From assembly GCF_009914755.1 (NCBI RefSeq), contig NC_060935.1: 64,000 bases of DNA; one strand, given 5' to 3'. The DNA comes from the human T2T-CHM13v2.0 reference genome, Homo sapiens. Positions 24,668 through 36,600 of this stretch are shown piece after piece. Position numbers and translations under genes: made by a program. The notes below the pieces were generated by a model. That model did not search any database. It saw only the letters and a list, made by a program, of their open reading frames with translations, and was not told the DNA's origin. Numbering within the stretch: position 1 is the first letter of the stretch; every line of letters begins with the position of its first letter.

Positions 24668-24790
24668 TTCTTCCTTCCTTCCTTTCCTCCCTTCCTTCCT
24701 TCCTTTCCTTTTCTTTCTTTCTTTCTTTCTTTCTCTTTCTTTCTTTCTTTTTCTCTTTCTTTCTTTCTTTCTTCTTTCCTCCTTTCTTTT

Positions 24791-24821
<31 letters not shown>

Positions 24822-24885
24822 ATCCTTCTTTCTTTCTTACTTTCTCTTCCTTCCTTCTTTCTATTTTTTCTTTTCCTTTCTTTCT
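24668..24885. repeat. (CCTT/CTTT)n polypyrimidine tract, an expansion of the adjacent Alu tail
   Basis: Lies between the Alu poly-T and the distal TSD copy. Confidence 0.9.
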
Positions 24886-25183
24886 TTTTTTTTTTTTTTT
24901 TTGAGACGGAGTCTTGCACTGTAGCTCAGGCTAGAGTGCAGTGGCGCCATCTCGGCTCACTGTAACCTCCGCCGCCTGGGTTCAAGCTATCTCCTGCCTC
25001 AGCCCCTTGAGTAGCTGGGATTATAGGCGCCCGCCACCACGCCCGGCTAATTTTTTTGTATTTTTAGTAGAGACGTGTTTTCACTATGTTACCCAGGCTG
25101 GTCTCAAACTCCTGACCTTGTTCTCTGCCCACCTCAGCCTCCCAAAGTGCTGGGATTACAGGTGTGAGCCACCACACCTGGCC
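24885..25183 (-). mobile_element. Full-length Alu (AluSg-like)
   Basis: Complete reverse-complemented Alu; TSD CAAACCT(T/C)TCTT at 24661 and 25184. Confidence 0.97.
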
Positions 25184-25194
25184 CAAACCTCTCT

Positions 25195-25440
25195 TTCAAG
25201 ATGTTTTTTCCTGGTCACTTTTCTCATTGCCTGAAATACCCTTCCTTCTCTGCAAAGTGGTTAATTCTCATTTGTATTCCAAAGGTCAGGTAGGCTCAGT
25301 ATCACCTCCTCCAGGAACCTTCCCTAATGCATCCTTTTTTCTGGGTCCCCATTGCACTCCATGCCCACACATCCCTCTACCACAGCGCCCCTATGTCACA
25401 CTGCCATTCTATCTATATTGGCCCATGCAATCTTAGAATG
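25195..25440 (+). mobile_element. L2 fragment
   Basis: TGCCTGAAATACCCTTCC..TCACCTCCTCCAGGAACCTTCCCT. Confidence 0.6.
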
Positions 25441-26692
25441 CACTATTAATAGTTTGAAATCTATCATCAAACGTGTCTGAGCCAAGTCCAACTCATGAGG
25501 ACATATTTTTTAAATGTCATAGGCCCCAATATTAAAATAACTTCTCCAATTGCTTTCCAATTCTATTCTTCCCATCACTGTCATGACCTACATCTAAAGG
25601 AGAGATGGAAAAGACATTGTTATGTCCACTGATCCTGTAACTTAACTTCCCTTAGTACCCAGATAGGTTGTTATCCTTATGACCCCATGCCATGCACCAA
25701 CCATCCTGAATTACCTAAAGCATGTTTATATAAATGTATGTATATATGTATGTATTTAATAACTGCAATGGCCTGGCACTGACCAATCAGAACTGGTGCT
25801 GGCCTATCAAGCGATGTCTTGGGACCCTGATGCACCAAAGGTATCAGGTGTGGCAGGTGATGAGGAGGGATCTGGCGCACATCACGGGGACTGTTTAATT
25901 TACTTAACTGGTATGGAAATATTACAATGTTTTAACCAGAATTCATCAGAAATGAGAGCCTTAGAGATGTTATGAACCAGAAAGGGGCCTAGATACTTAC
26001 CTATTCTCATTATTGTTCACTGAGGCTCCAACTGGCCCCAAGCTAAGATACCCACAGACCTGTAGAATACACGGCAAATTTTCAAACTGTTTTCTGTTTT
26101 GCCTTGAGGAGGTAGTGTAAGAGGAGTGGGAGTAAGATCAAAAGTTCAGAGTTCCCTCCAATGCTGTCTGCCTATCAGACCTTCACCGGCCCCCTTTGGA
26201 TTCAAGTCTCTGAAACTAATCTTGTTTCTGTTCCTAAACAATGTTCAAGTCTTGGGTTGAGAGTTATGGCTACAGTATTCTCTCTTTTCCTAGAAAGAGA
26301 AACTTTAGATTCTCAAGATAACTGATAAGATTCTCAAAATCACTGAAAGTACTTACTCCATTGATGGTAATTTTATGATTTTGTAATACCCATTCTTTTC
26401 AGTTATTTGTAAAATTAAACAGATAACACATGCACACATTCTTACAAATTAAGATAATACCAATAAAGAGAAAATACCCTTTAGCTATCCTTTCTCCACT
26501 CTAACTCTCCACAGAGTTAACCAATACCACCATTTTATCCTCTGTCCTTCTCTGCTTTCAATAAGTATCTACACGTATATATGCGCATACAGAAAAATAA
26601 ACATTTTGCTTAGTTGCTTGCTTTTGTTTTGTTTTTTTACATAGCATTAAATGAATTATTCTGCAATTTTTTTTTTCATTTAAAATACGTTT

Positions 26693-26984
<292 letters not shown>

Positions 26985-27467
26985 TAAAATACATTTTAAA
27001 GATCTTTTCACCTACATTGTTTATTTTATTAATAGCTCTGGCTTGAATTCCATAGGTTAAATATCTCATACTTTTGTTAACCATCCTATAGGCAGGGCTG
27101 TGGTTTTCAGGTTTTCACTATCACAGACACTATTTCAATGAGCATTCTTGAACATGCCTATTTGGGCACCTGTATTTTTTCTGTAGTAGATTACTAGAAC
27201 TTCCTTTGCTGGACAAAAAGTTATGTGCATCTTTACTGAGTATAAGCTCAGTACCAATTTGCTCTGTTATGCCAAATAATGTTTGACAGTACTTGCTTCT
27301 TAAAATGCTTGCCAAAATTAGATGATTTAACTTTTCTCAATCTGGTGGATAAAGCATAATGTCTCTTTATCATTTTAATCTGAATCTTCCTCACTATTCG
27401 TGAAGCTAAACATCTTCTTCTAAGGTTGTACATCATTACTTTTTCAATGGATTGACCATTTGTATTC

Positions 27468-27710
27468 TGTGACAGGCAGACTGCTAAAATAGACCACAAA
27501 TGACCTTTACCACTTGGTTTTTATGCCCTTGTGTAATTCCCTTCCCTTGAGAATAGGCTGGACCTAGTGACTCGCTTCTAATGAATAGAGTATGGCAAAG
27601 ATAATAGTCCTGTCACTTTCAAGGTCAGGTTACAAGAGGCCAAGCCTTCTGTCTTTTTAGCACTCTTTCTCTCTTCTCTTCAGTCTGATGAAGCAAGCTG
27701 CCATATTTGG
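27468..27710 (+). mobile_element. MLT1F-like MaLR LTR 5' part
   Basis: GCCCTTGTGTAATTCCCTTCCCTTGAG..GGCTGGACCTAGTGACTCGCTTCTAATGAATAGAG. Confidence 0.8.
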
Positions 27711-29161
27711 ACTTTGCCTATTTTTCTATTTTTTGATGTGTAGGCATTCTATGTAACATAGCTGAATATTCTTTGTGTGTTATATATGTCACAAATATGT
27801 TCTACCAATCTTGATTATCATTAACTTTGTTTATGGTTTTTTTTGTTATATCAAACTTTAAATTCTTAAAGTCTTCAAGTGTCTCAGTCTTTTCTACTAC
27901 AGGTTTTAAATTTTGTGCCTTGTTTAAAAAGATCTTTGCTACCCCACAGTCATAAGCACCATGATAATTTATTCACTTCTTTCTCACGACTTCCACTCTA
28001 AGTTCTATGAAGGCAGGGGCTCTCAGCCTTGCTCATCTCTGGATTCACAGCCCTGAGCATAGTGCCTTGCAGGGAGCTGGCTTTCAGAAACACTTGATTG
28101 CATCCATGCAGATGGACTTTACAAGTCCGCGTTCCTCCCTCTCAGTGAGGTGTCTAATCTTGATTCCTGGGCTGAAGTGTGTGCATATCTCTGTTTGGTC
28201 TTTGCTAAGAGAGAGAACAGATGCCCTTTTAAACCTTCCCACAGCTTCCTCCCATTGCCCCATCAAGCACATTAATGCATACACTTCTTTGTAACTGCAA
28301 AATTTTGGCTCTTAAATATTGCTGGTGTGCTGAAGATCTCGCATTCTAAAAGGAAAAAAAAAGTGTGTGTAGGGGGGAAATAATCTCAAGATTTTACTTA
28401 AAGTGCTGGTAAGGCTTCAATGCCAAGAAATGTAAAAATTTACAGCACGAATTAAAGTTACCAGAAGACACACCTGAGGAGAGACTGCCATGCTGAAAAC
28501 AAGCCAAGCCTCAACCCCCACTGAGGCATTTACATGAAGTCAGAGGCTAGCAGGAGCAATGCCAGTGGTAGAGAGAACTCAAAGGGGGAAGAGCCAGGCC
28601 AGGCCAGGGGACTTTTACCACATAGCACAAAAGAAATCGAGACCTAGAGAGGTGAAAACTGTACCAGGCAACTGGGATATAATTTAATACAGAAAGGGGT
28701 GATTTGAGATTATACACTTTACCCTGCCATCAATGCATGTATATAAAAACTGAGTCCTAGAGAATGAAGTGAGTTGTCCACAATTAGGAGCAGAGTGGGG
28801 ATTAGAAACCAGTTGTCAGTTTCCCGGGTCAGGGATCTTTCCACACAGTTCCAGAGAGGAAGTCCTGGCTCCAGGCAGAGGAATGAATGTTTCACTCCAC
28901 ATTTCTAGAAGGCCCAGAGTGAAATATCCCTTTTCCTGGGGAAGTTCGTAGGTGAGCTGCTGCTATCAGCTAGCATTTACTCCCTAGGCTGTTTTGGGAG
29001 AAAGGGGTTTTCAAAAATCTTGTAGCTGGGAATTTAACTCAGGCTGTATGGACTCTGAGTCTACTCTCCCCACAGGCAGAGGTTGGCTGTATGGCCAAGT
29101 AGAGTCTAGGCCTAGGCCACTCAGCCTCGTACCTCAAAAGTCAGGCATTGCCTTAAGGGGA

Positions 29162-29192
29162 AGAACAACCATGCCTCAGGCATGGTTGTTCT
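29162..29192. repeat. 31-bp palindrome (15-bp perfect arms, 1-bp centre)
   Basis: AGAACAACCATGCCT-C-AGGCATGGTTGTTCT. Confidence 0.95.
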
Positions 29193-30744
29193 GGAGTATG
29201 GAGTGGATTCTACAGCGGGGGGTGGGTGAAGGAGCTCAACATCTGATCAGCACCACCAGTCCCTGAGACAGTTTGTACAGATTAGAAAAAGGCACCCCTT
29301 CATCAAGATGATTTACTACCTGCCATCTGCCAGAAAAGTACAATACATATACAAATCAACAAAGACAGGATATGCATGGCGCGCCCTGGAGTTGCACAAT
29401 GCACACCCGTAACAATCGCGTGAATCAGCCTCTGAGCCACCCTCACCTCACTCTCCTCCATACAGCTGTGCAGGTGTTGTTCTTGGAGCCAGCAGAGCCA
29501 AAGACATTCCAGCCTCAGGACATCCTTTATGGTGCCTCTGGCCTTCAACTTCTGCTCTGTCCCCATGGGTGCCACCTCTTACGGGGCAAATAGATTTTTC
29601 TCCTAGATTCTACAAGATTCAGAGATCACCAATCTGGAAACACTCCAAGAAAACAAGTCTTGCATTCACCAAGTCCCAGCCCCTTGAGTGCAAAGCAGAA
29701 TTGCTCCTGAGCCTAGAATAGACCAGTGACTTCCTAGGCCATGGCCAGCCAGGCCATGCCACCATTAACCTCTGTGTAAATGGAGGTGGCTGCCTGCAAA
29801 TGGGACAGCTTCCACGGTCATTGTCTGTACTTACTGAAGTATGCATACTGCAGTTCAAAAGAATCAACTAATTGAAAGGAATGCAGGTACTAGCTTGTAT
29901 TTTAGCAGAGCCTTGAAAAAAAAAAAACTGAGAGAAAAGCAGATCAGATACTCAGGCTATAATGTGTTCATGCAAACACGGTTAATTGTTTTTCACTTGT
30001 GTGGTTTTCACCATGAAAAGATTTTTCATGTTATTTAGTTATCAGAATCACTTTGAGGGAAACAGGAATCTTTGTTCTCATTTTACTCAGAGAAAATAAA
30101 AAATGAAGCAGAAAGACTTGGCCAGGGTCTCACCCTGAGCTGTTACCCAGTTTGGATTGGAACCTGAACTCCTCATCCAGTGCTTTCTTGGCCATACCAC
30201 TCCCCCTGTACTCCTGTTCTTCAGGGCTTCCTCAGCCAGCACAGGCTCCCAGCCCACTGTCAGTCTCCCTTACCCTGGTTTGCCTAGGAGAAGAGGAACC
30301 AGAGATCTTCAGAAACATAGCAGGAAGGAGAGTCTTGGATGGCTTGGAAGGGTGAAGCTAGTTACTGCCTTAGAAGGGGCCACTCTGCACCAGCCCTGCC
30401 AGGAGCTGAAGACAAGCAATATCCCATAGAGTCCATTTTCTTCCTCCATTGTCAGAGTTAGTGGGTGAGTGCTCTCTTATCACCTGTCACTTCTCTTCCA
30501 TAGCAGAAAGACAGAGGCAAGTAGGAAATGTGATTTGAAGATATTAAATGGTTTTTTCCTTCTTCTCCTCTGCTTCACCAAGTCCTTCCCCAGAACTTAA
30601 TATATCACTATGCATGACTCCTCGGTTTGGCATTAAGATAGTCCTCTCTCAGATATTCATGGAGAAGAAGAGAAGATAAAAGAAGCAAACATTTTAAATT
30701 GTGAATTATAGTCCAGGAAAGTTCACATTTAAAATTCCACAAAC

Positions 30745-31650
30745 ACTCCCAGAAAAATGGTTAAGTTTTTTTCAAAAAGACTAACAATATCAGGTGTTGG
30801 TGAGGATGTGGAGCAACTGGAATGAATGCCTAAACATTGCTGACACAAGTGTAAATTGGGAAAACCACTTTGGAAAACTGGTAGTATTGACTAAAGGTAA
30901 TTAAATGCTTTCCCTTTGACCAAGCAATTACACACCTGGGTTTATACCTAATAGAAATGAGTTATCATATCCTCCAAAAGAGAGGTACAAGAATGTTCAT
31001 AGTGCCTTTACTCATAATAGCCCCCAAATAGGAAACAACTCAAATTTTCACCAACAATACAATAGATAAATTACAGTCTATGTGTACAATAGGATACTAC
31101 ATAACAATGAAAGAAGATATAGACAATATGAATGTATCTCACAGCCATAATACTGAACAAAAGAAGCCAGATGCAATACAGTGCATACCATATGATTTTA
31201 TTTATAGAAATCCAAAAACAAGCAAGGTCCATAGATGGTGATATAGAGCAGAATTGTGGTTATCTTTGGGAAGGGGCACAAGAAATTCTATAGGGTGCTG
31301 AAAATACAGTTGTCTCTCAGTACATGCAGAGATTGGTTCCAGGGCCACACCTGAAGATACCCACATCCACACATACTCAAGTCCCATAGCTAGCCTTTTG
31401 GAACCTGCAGATACAAAAAGTTGGCCCTCTTTATAAGTGGGTTTTGCATCCCACCAATATTGTATTTCTGATCTGCATTTGGTTGAAAAAAATATGCCTA
31501 TAAGTGGACTCACACTATTAAAATCCATGTCATTCAAGTGTCAACTGTAGCCTGGATCTCAGTTGAGATGGTTGGTGCCTACATGGGTGCACACGAATGC
31601 AAACATTCATCAAGCTATATGCTTAAGATATACGAACTGTTCAACCTCAA
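30745..31650 (+). mobile_element. Ancient L1 (L1ME-like) 3' region, interrupted by MER8
   Basis: GTGTTGGTGAGGATGTGGAGCAACTGGAA..AACCACTTTGGAAAACTG..GACCAAGCAATT..AAAAGAAGCCAGA. Confidence 0.85.
31307..31547 (-). mobile_element. MER8 (TcMar-Tigger MITE)
   Basis: CAGTTG...CAACTG ends, TA duplication on both sides, 241 bp, internal match to MER8. Confidence 0.85.
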
Positions 31651-31690
31651 CGAAAGAAAACAAAGGGAAAAACTCACAAATACCATAAAA

Positions 31691-31860
31691 CCATGGTTCT
31701 CAAAATGTGGTTCCCAGTGCAGCACCAGGGAACATGTTAGAAATGCAAATTCCCTGACCCCATCACAGACCCACTGAATCAGATGGGGATGGGGTCTAGC
31801 AATCTGTGCTTTAACAAGCCAAGGTAATTCTGACACATGCTAATGTTTAAGCATCCTTGC
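31691..31860 (+). mobile_element. MER5A
   Basis: TGGTTCTCAAAATGTGGT..TGTTAGAAATGCAAATT..AGCAATCTGTGCTTTAACAAGCC. Confidence 0.85.
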
Positions 31861-31965
31861 CATAAGATGTGGGTATTATTAGCCCCACTTTGCATATTTA
31901 AAAAAGCTAAGGCTCATAGAGAGAAAGTAACATATCCAAGTTCAGCCAACTACTAAGAAACTAAG

Positions 31966-33224
31966 TGTCATGAGCTGCACAAGATAAGATATAACCAGGC
32001 CCATGCATGTTTGTGTCTTTTCATAAGGTCTGATTTATTGATGCTTATTCAACCATAAAAGCCACAAGCTACATGGAGTTCCCAAGAAGGAAATTCTTAG
32101 TACTATCCATTTGCTTGGTAGTCAGAGACATGGCACACAGGCTCAAGCCACAGCACAGGTCAGTCAAAATTGCAAAACCATACATAGTAGTATACTCAAT
32201 ATATAAATGTTACAGATTACATCAAACAGAGTAACATTTAACATCAAGAGAAGAGGGGTGTATTAGTCAGGGTTCTCCAGAGGGACAGAACTAACAGGAT
32301 ATATGTATATATGAAAGGGAGTTTATTAAGGAGAATTGGCTCACGCAATCACAAGTTAAAGTCCCACAATAGGCTATCTGCAAGTTGAGGAGCAAGGAAG
32401 TCAGTGGTGGATCAGTCTGGGTCCCCAAACCTCAAAACTGGGGAAGGCAACAGTGCAGGCTTCAGTCTGTGGCCAAAGGCCTGAGAGCCCCTGGCAAACC
32501 ACTGGTGTAAGTCCAAGAGTCCAAAAACTGAAGAACTTGGAGTCTGATGTTCAAGGGCAGGAAGCATCCAGCATGGGAGAAAGATGAAGGCTGGAAGACT
32601 CAGCAAGTCTGCTCTTCCATCTTCTGCTACCTGCTTTATTCTAGCATCACTGGCAGCTGATTAGATGGTGCCCACCCAGATTGAGGGTAGGTCTGCCTCT
32701 CCCAGTCCACTGACTCAAATGTTAATCTCCTTTGGTAACACAGTCACAGACACACCCAGGAACAATACTTTGCATCCTTCAATCCAATCAAGTTGACACT
32801 CAATATTAACCATCACAAGGGAATTTAAAATGGGGTTAATAAACCAGTCCAAGGAGAGTGACGTGTACAGACAGAGAGTGTCCCAGGCTGATCTGGATGG
32901 GAGTCAACGTCTTGCAAGGAAGAGTCCTTGATTTGGGCAGAGACTTCAGCAACAGTTGCTGGGTGCTGAGGTGCTGAGTGACAGCAAGACAGTGTCTATT
33001 AAGGCAGCCACCTTGAGCTGGTGAAGTTCTATTCATTTTATAGCTCTTGAGTTCGCTGGTATAAATTGATAGTAAAGAATGTGACTGGTCATGTCCTTAT
33101 CTAGTTGGGTGTAATCTCTATTGATTAGGCAAACATCCAGTCCCTATTGGCATCATGGCTTTTGAAATGTAAGATGGAGTCTTTTTCTAAGATGGAGTTA
33201 CTTATGTCAAGGGTGCTGTATACA
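31966..33224 (-). mobile_element. ERVL solo LTR (MER76-like) with a nested MLT2A2
   Basis: TG...CA ends; 5-bp TSD CTAAG at 31961-31965 and 33225-33229; reverse strand begins TGTATACAGCACCCTTGACATAAGTAACTCCATCTTAG. Confidence 0.8.
32259..32817 (-). mobile_element. MLT2A2 (HERV-L) solo LTR
   Basis: TGTATTAGTCAGGGTTCTC...CAATATTAACCATCACA, 559 bp, TSD AGGGG/AGGGA. Confidence 0.9.
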
Positions 33225-33607
33225 CTAAGCTAGCATTTGAACCCATATCTGCCTCAGTCCTGTGCTCCTTTTGCAAAACCACACCATCTCCCTCTATAGA
33301 AATATGGCTTTGCCAAGAGGGATGTGATATGAGGCCATGTTGTATCACTTCATTAATAAAAACAGGATTCTACTTCTGGGTTCCTATAGGCAGACAGGGC
33401 AGAAGGGTATGAATTTCAATTTCACAGGTTTTGCAATGGAGAAGGCCAGCTGAGACCTATTTCCTTGTTTTTCTAAACTGGTCTGATGCAGGAAGAGTTC
33501 CTGGAGGTGAAGCTGGAAAAAAAGACAGAGCCTAGGATCTGGCATGCCTTTTAAACCATCTTTAGGAGTTTGGACTTGGACCCAGGAGCAACAGGAAATC
33601 CATCATC

Positions 33608-33732
33608 TCTTCCCACTCTGACTGTAAGCTCCATGAGGGTGGGCACTATGTTTCATTCACCAGTACATACCCCACTCTAGCGTGGTGCCTGCCAAGTGGT
33701 AGACGCTAAATAAAGATTTGTTGAACTGATCA
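33608..33732 (+). mobile_element. L2 3' end
   Basis: GACTGTAAGCTCCATGAGGGTGGG..GTGCCTGCC..AATAAAGATTTGTTGAA. Confidence 0.8.
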
Positions 33733-33944
33733 ATTATTTTATGCTGGGGATGAAGTGACCCATTTTCTGTTTCTAAAAGCTAGCCCTGGCTGAGGCATGG
33801 TGGATAAATTTAAAGAGATCAAAGTTGGAAGCCACGAGACAGACTGGTTAGAAGACTAGTATAAGAATTCAGGCCACAGTGGAAGGGTCATGGCTAAGGT
33901 TGATGTCTGCAAGGATGGAGGGAAAGTAATTTATCTGCCAGCCA

Positions 33945-34120
33945 ACCAAGTGAGGCATCTTGGTAGGAAACTCAATGTCTCTGAATGCCTTTCCCACTAT
34001 AAAATGGGGAGAATTGTAGTATATACTTTATAGGGCTATGAGAATTAAATGAGATTGTAGACACAGTTCCTGGCACATAACCAGTATTCAAAAATGTTAG
34101 TTTAATATTGCTGCTGTTGT
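33945..34120 (+). mobile_element. MIR
   Basis: CTATAAAATGGGGA..TGAGAATTAAATGAGAT..CCTGGCACATA. Confidence 0.7.
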
Positions 34121-34207
34121 TTCAAACTCTGGGCCCAGGAAAGAGCCCTGCATTGCCAGTCTAGTGATCTTGTCATGGCTCTGCTTGACTTTGAGCCTTA
34201 TGAATAA

Positions 34208-34573
<366 letters not shown>

Positions 34574-34719
34574 ACAGTGCTCATATTCTGCACTGTAAAG
34601 CTTTTACTAGCCCTGACAGACAAACACTGCATTACAGGAGAGAGGGAGACCCTCTGCCTTGGAAAAGTAGCACCTGCCAAATTTTTGGTTTGCTCCCTCA
34701 GACTTAGAGCTGTCCAGGG

Positions 34720-35125
34720 CCACAGAAGCAAATTGGAGGACAAAGAGTGTTAACTGTAATATCTATTCAAGGGCCCTTTATTAGCTTCTGCTATTAGTAA
34801 GGGGAGGGGGGCATCTACACATTTCTGAAATATCTGTTTTCTTCTTGCAAGACAGGGAACAGAATTCAAGCTTTCAAACTGTTTATAAAGTAATCAGCAT
34901 TAATTTGTTCTGTTCAGGTTTTAATTATACACTGTAGGCCATTCTGACAGGACACCACCACCGCTGAGCCTGTCAGAGGAGATAATTTCCCACCAGGATG
35001 ACCACATATCTCATGAATTATACATGAAACTTTGTTTCCTTGTGACTGTTGCTAAAAGATGCTGTCAGCCTCCTGAAATCTCAAAAGATGTGCAATTGTT
35101 TTTCGATAAGTCTAATTAGCAGGAA
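34720..35125. promoter_or_regulatory. Candidate enhancer block 1 (MEIS/TGIF TGACAG and TAAT motifs)
   Basis: TCTGACAGG/CCTGTCAGA inverted pair, GCTGTCAG, TAATTA and CTAATTAG motifs; no repeat similarity seen. Confidence 0.4.
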
Positions 35126-35379
35126 GTAGGTTGGGGGGAGGTGTTAAGAATGACTTCCCAGGGATGAGAGCTGCTGAGAGATGCCGAAAGGGCCCTTCCT
35201 CAGCTAGTGACCCTGGCAGGCTCAAGGCAGAGTTGGCCTCCATGGTGAAAGTCAGGTCGGGATCCTTGCTCCCACAGGCAACAAGATTTACACTTGTTCT
35301 CTCTGGGACTGAGCCCCAGCAAGCCAGACTGAGATTCCAGACATAATTCTGTTATTCAAATGGGAGAAGAGTTTGATAG

Positions 35380-35800
35380 CTATACTAATGACTTTTATCT
35401 GTGAAAACATAACTAATAGCTTGGTTTACATTTGCGTACATTTATGAGCATAATTTTAGCACATAATTTTATTGCACAATAAAACATAATGCAGCAATAG
35501 TCGGCTTCACTAAAAAAAAAAGGGGGGGGATACCTTAGAGTGATCTGCATGTAAACCTTCACACTGTATTTATATGACAGTATCATTTTAAAATGTTGAC
35601 CCATTTGAATTAATGAAAGAGTTTCCCAGTTAACAATTAGCTGCATAAGGCCATTTCCTGTAGACATAATATTTGGGGGCAATGCTTATGATTTGCTGCA
35701 TAATTCATCGTAGAATTGATTGCTAAAGATCATTTTTCAATGCTTTTATTCTTACAGTTAAATTGGATTGAATGAAGGTGAGCCTTCTCTTGTGCATGCA
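35380..35800. promoter_or_regulatory. Candidate conserved non-coding element, block 2
   Basis: AT-rich; TTTTATTG-CA-CAATAAAA; many CATAAT/TAAT motifs; TGACAG; GTAAAC; AACAAT. Confidence 0.45.
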
Positions 35801-36194
35801 CGTATATTTCTGGAGCCTCTGCAGTGTGGCTCCCATTTAAGGAAGGCAGAGACACCAGCTAGGCCAAAAGGCTCCCTTTTGGTTTGAGGAGGGTAAGACC
35901 TTGGAGATGGCATGAGAACACTGCTTTGCACAAGAGAACAAATGAAGCAGAGCTCAGAGATGGAGCTTGGGGGCAGAAAGGGGTAAGGCTCCCAGAGAGA
36001 AGGCTACGGTTGCAATTGCCAATGTGAAACAAGAGAATAGCAATGAATAGGACATTGTAAAGGAAGGAAGAAATCTGCATGACCAAGGATGAAGGCAGAG
36101 TCAGGTCAGAAGCAAGGAAGTTCGGTGAGGCCCAAAGCTAAACACAGCCATCATTCCTAGGAAGCCCACTGGGGAGCACTGGCTGGACTGGATA

Positions 36195-36345
36195 TATTAG
36201 CCAAGACTCTTTCTTGCAAAGGCAGAAACCAAAGTACTTCAAACAAGGATGGAATTTTTAAGCTCACATAACTGAAAAGTCAAGGGGTGGGTCAGCATCA
36301 AACACAGTTGAATCCTGATTGGTCCAAAGATATCATAAGGGACAG

Positions 36346-36377
<32 letters not shown>

Positions 36378-36600
36378 AGCTCTCCATTGTTTTCTACTGT
36401 GCTGACAGCATTCTGTGTAAGAGCCTCTCCCAGGGGTCGGACAGTTAGCCCTCTAGCAGCCTCAGGCTTACATGATAATTACAGCTCCTAATCATAAATT
36501 AATCCCTATAAGAATCCAGTCCTACACACTGTGTCCAAGGGTATGAGATACTCTGCCTGGGGTCCTGTGCTGTCTCTTGTGGTGAGAATGTTTAGACCAA
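36195..36600 (-). mobile_element. Old MaLR LTR (MLT1J/K/L-like) with internal (CT)n at 36347-36378
   Basis: TATTAGCCAAGACTCTTT..GCAGAAACC..GCTCACATAACTGAAAAGTC. Confidence 0.55.

Larger units (their letters stand above)
31862..33285 (-). mobile_element. MIR split by the LTR insertion (31862-31965 and 33225-33285)
   Basis: GTATTATTAGCCCCACTTTGCA..AGGCTCATAGAGAGAAAGTAAC before the LTR and ATTTGAACCCATATCTG after it. Confidence 0.7.

Noticed and set aside
24569-25234. Overlapping 97-116 aa ORFs
   Set aside because: They derive from the CTTT tract and the Alu
25680-25940. Possible old hAT DNA-transposon fragment
   Set aside because: I could not identify termini or a family with confidence
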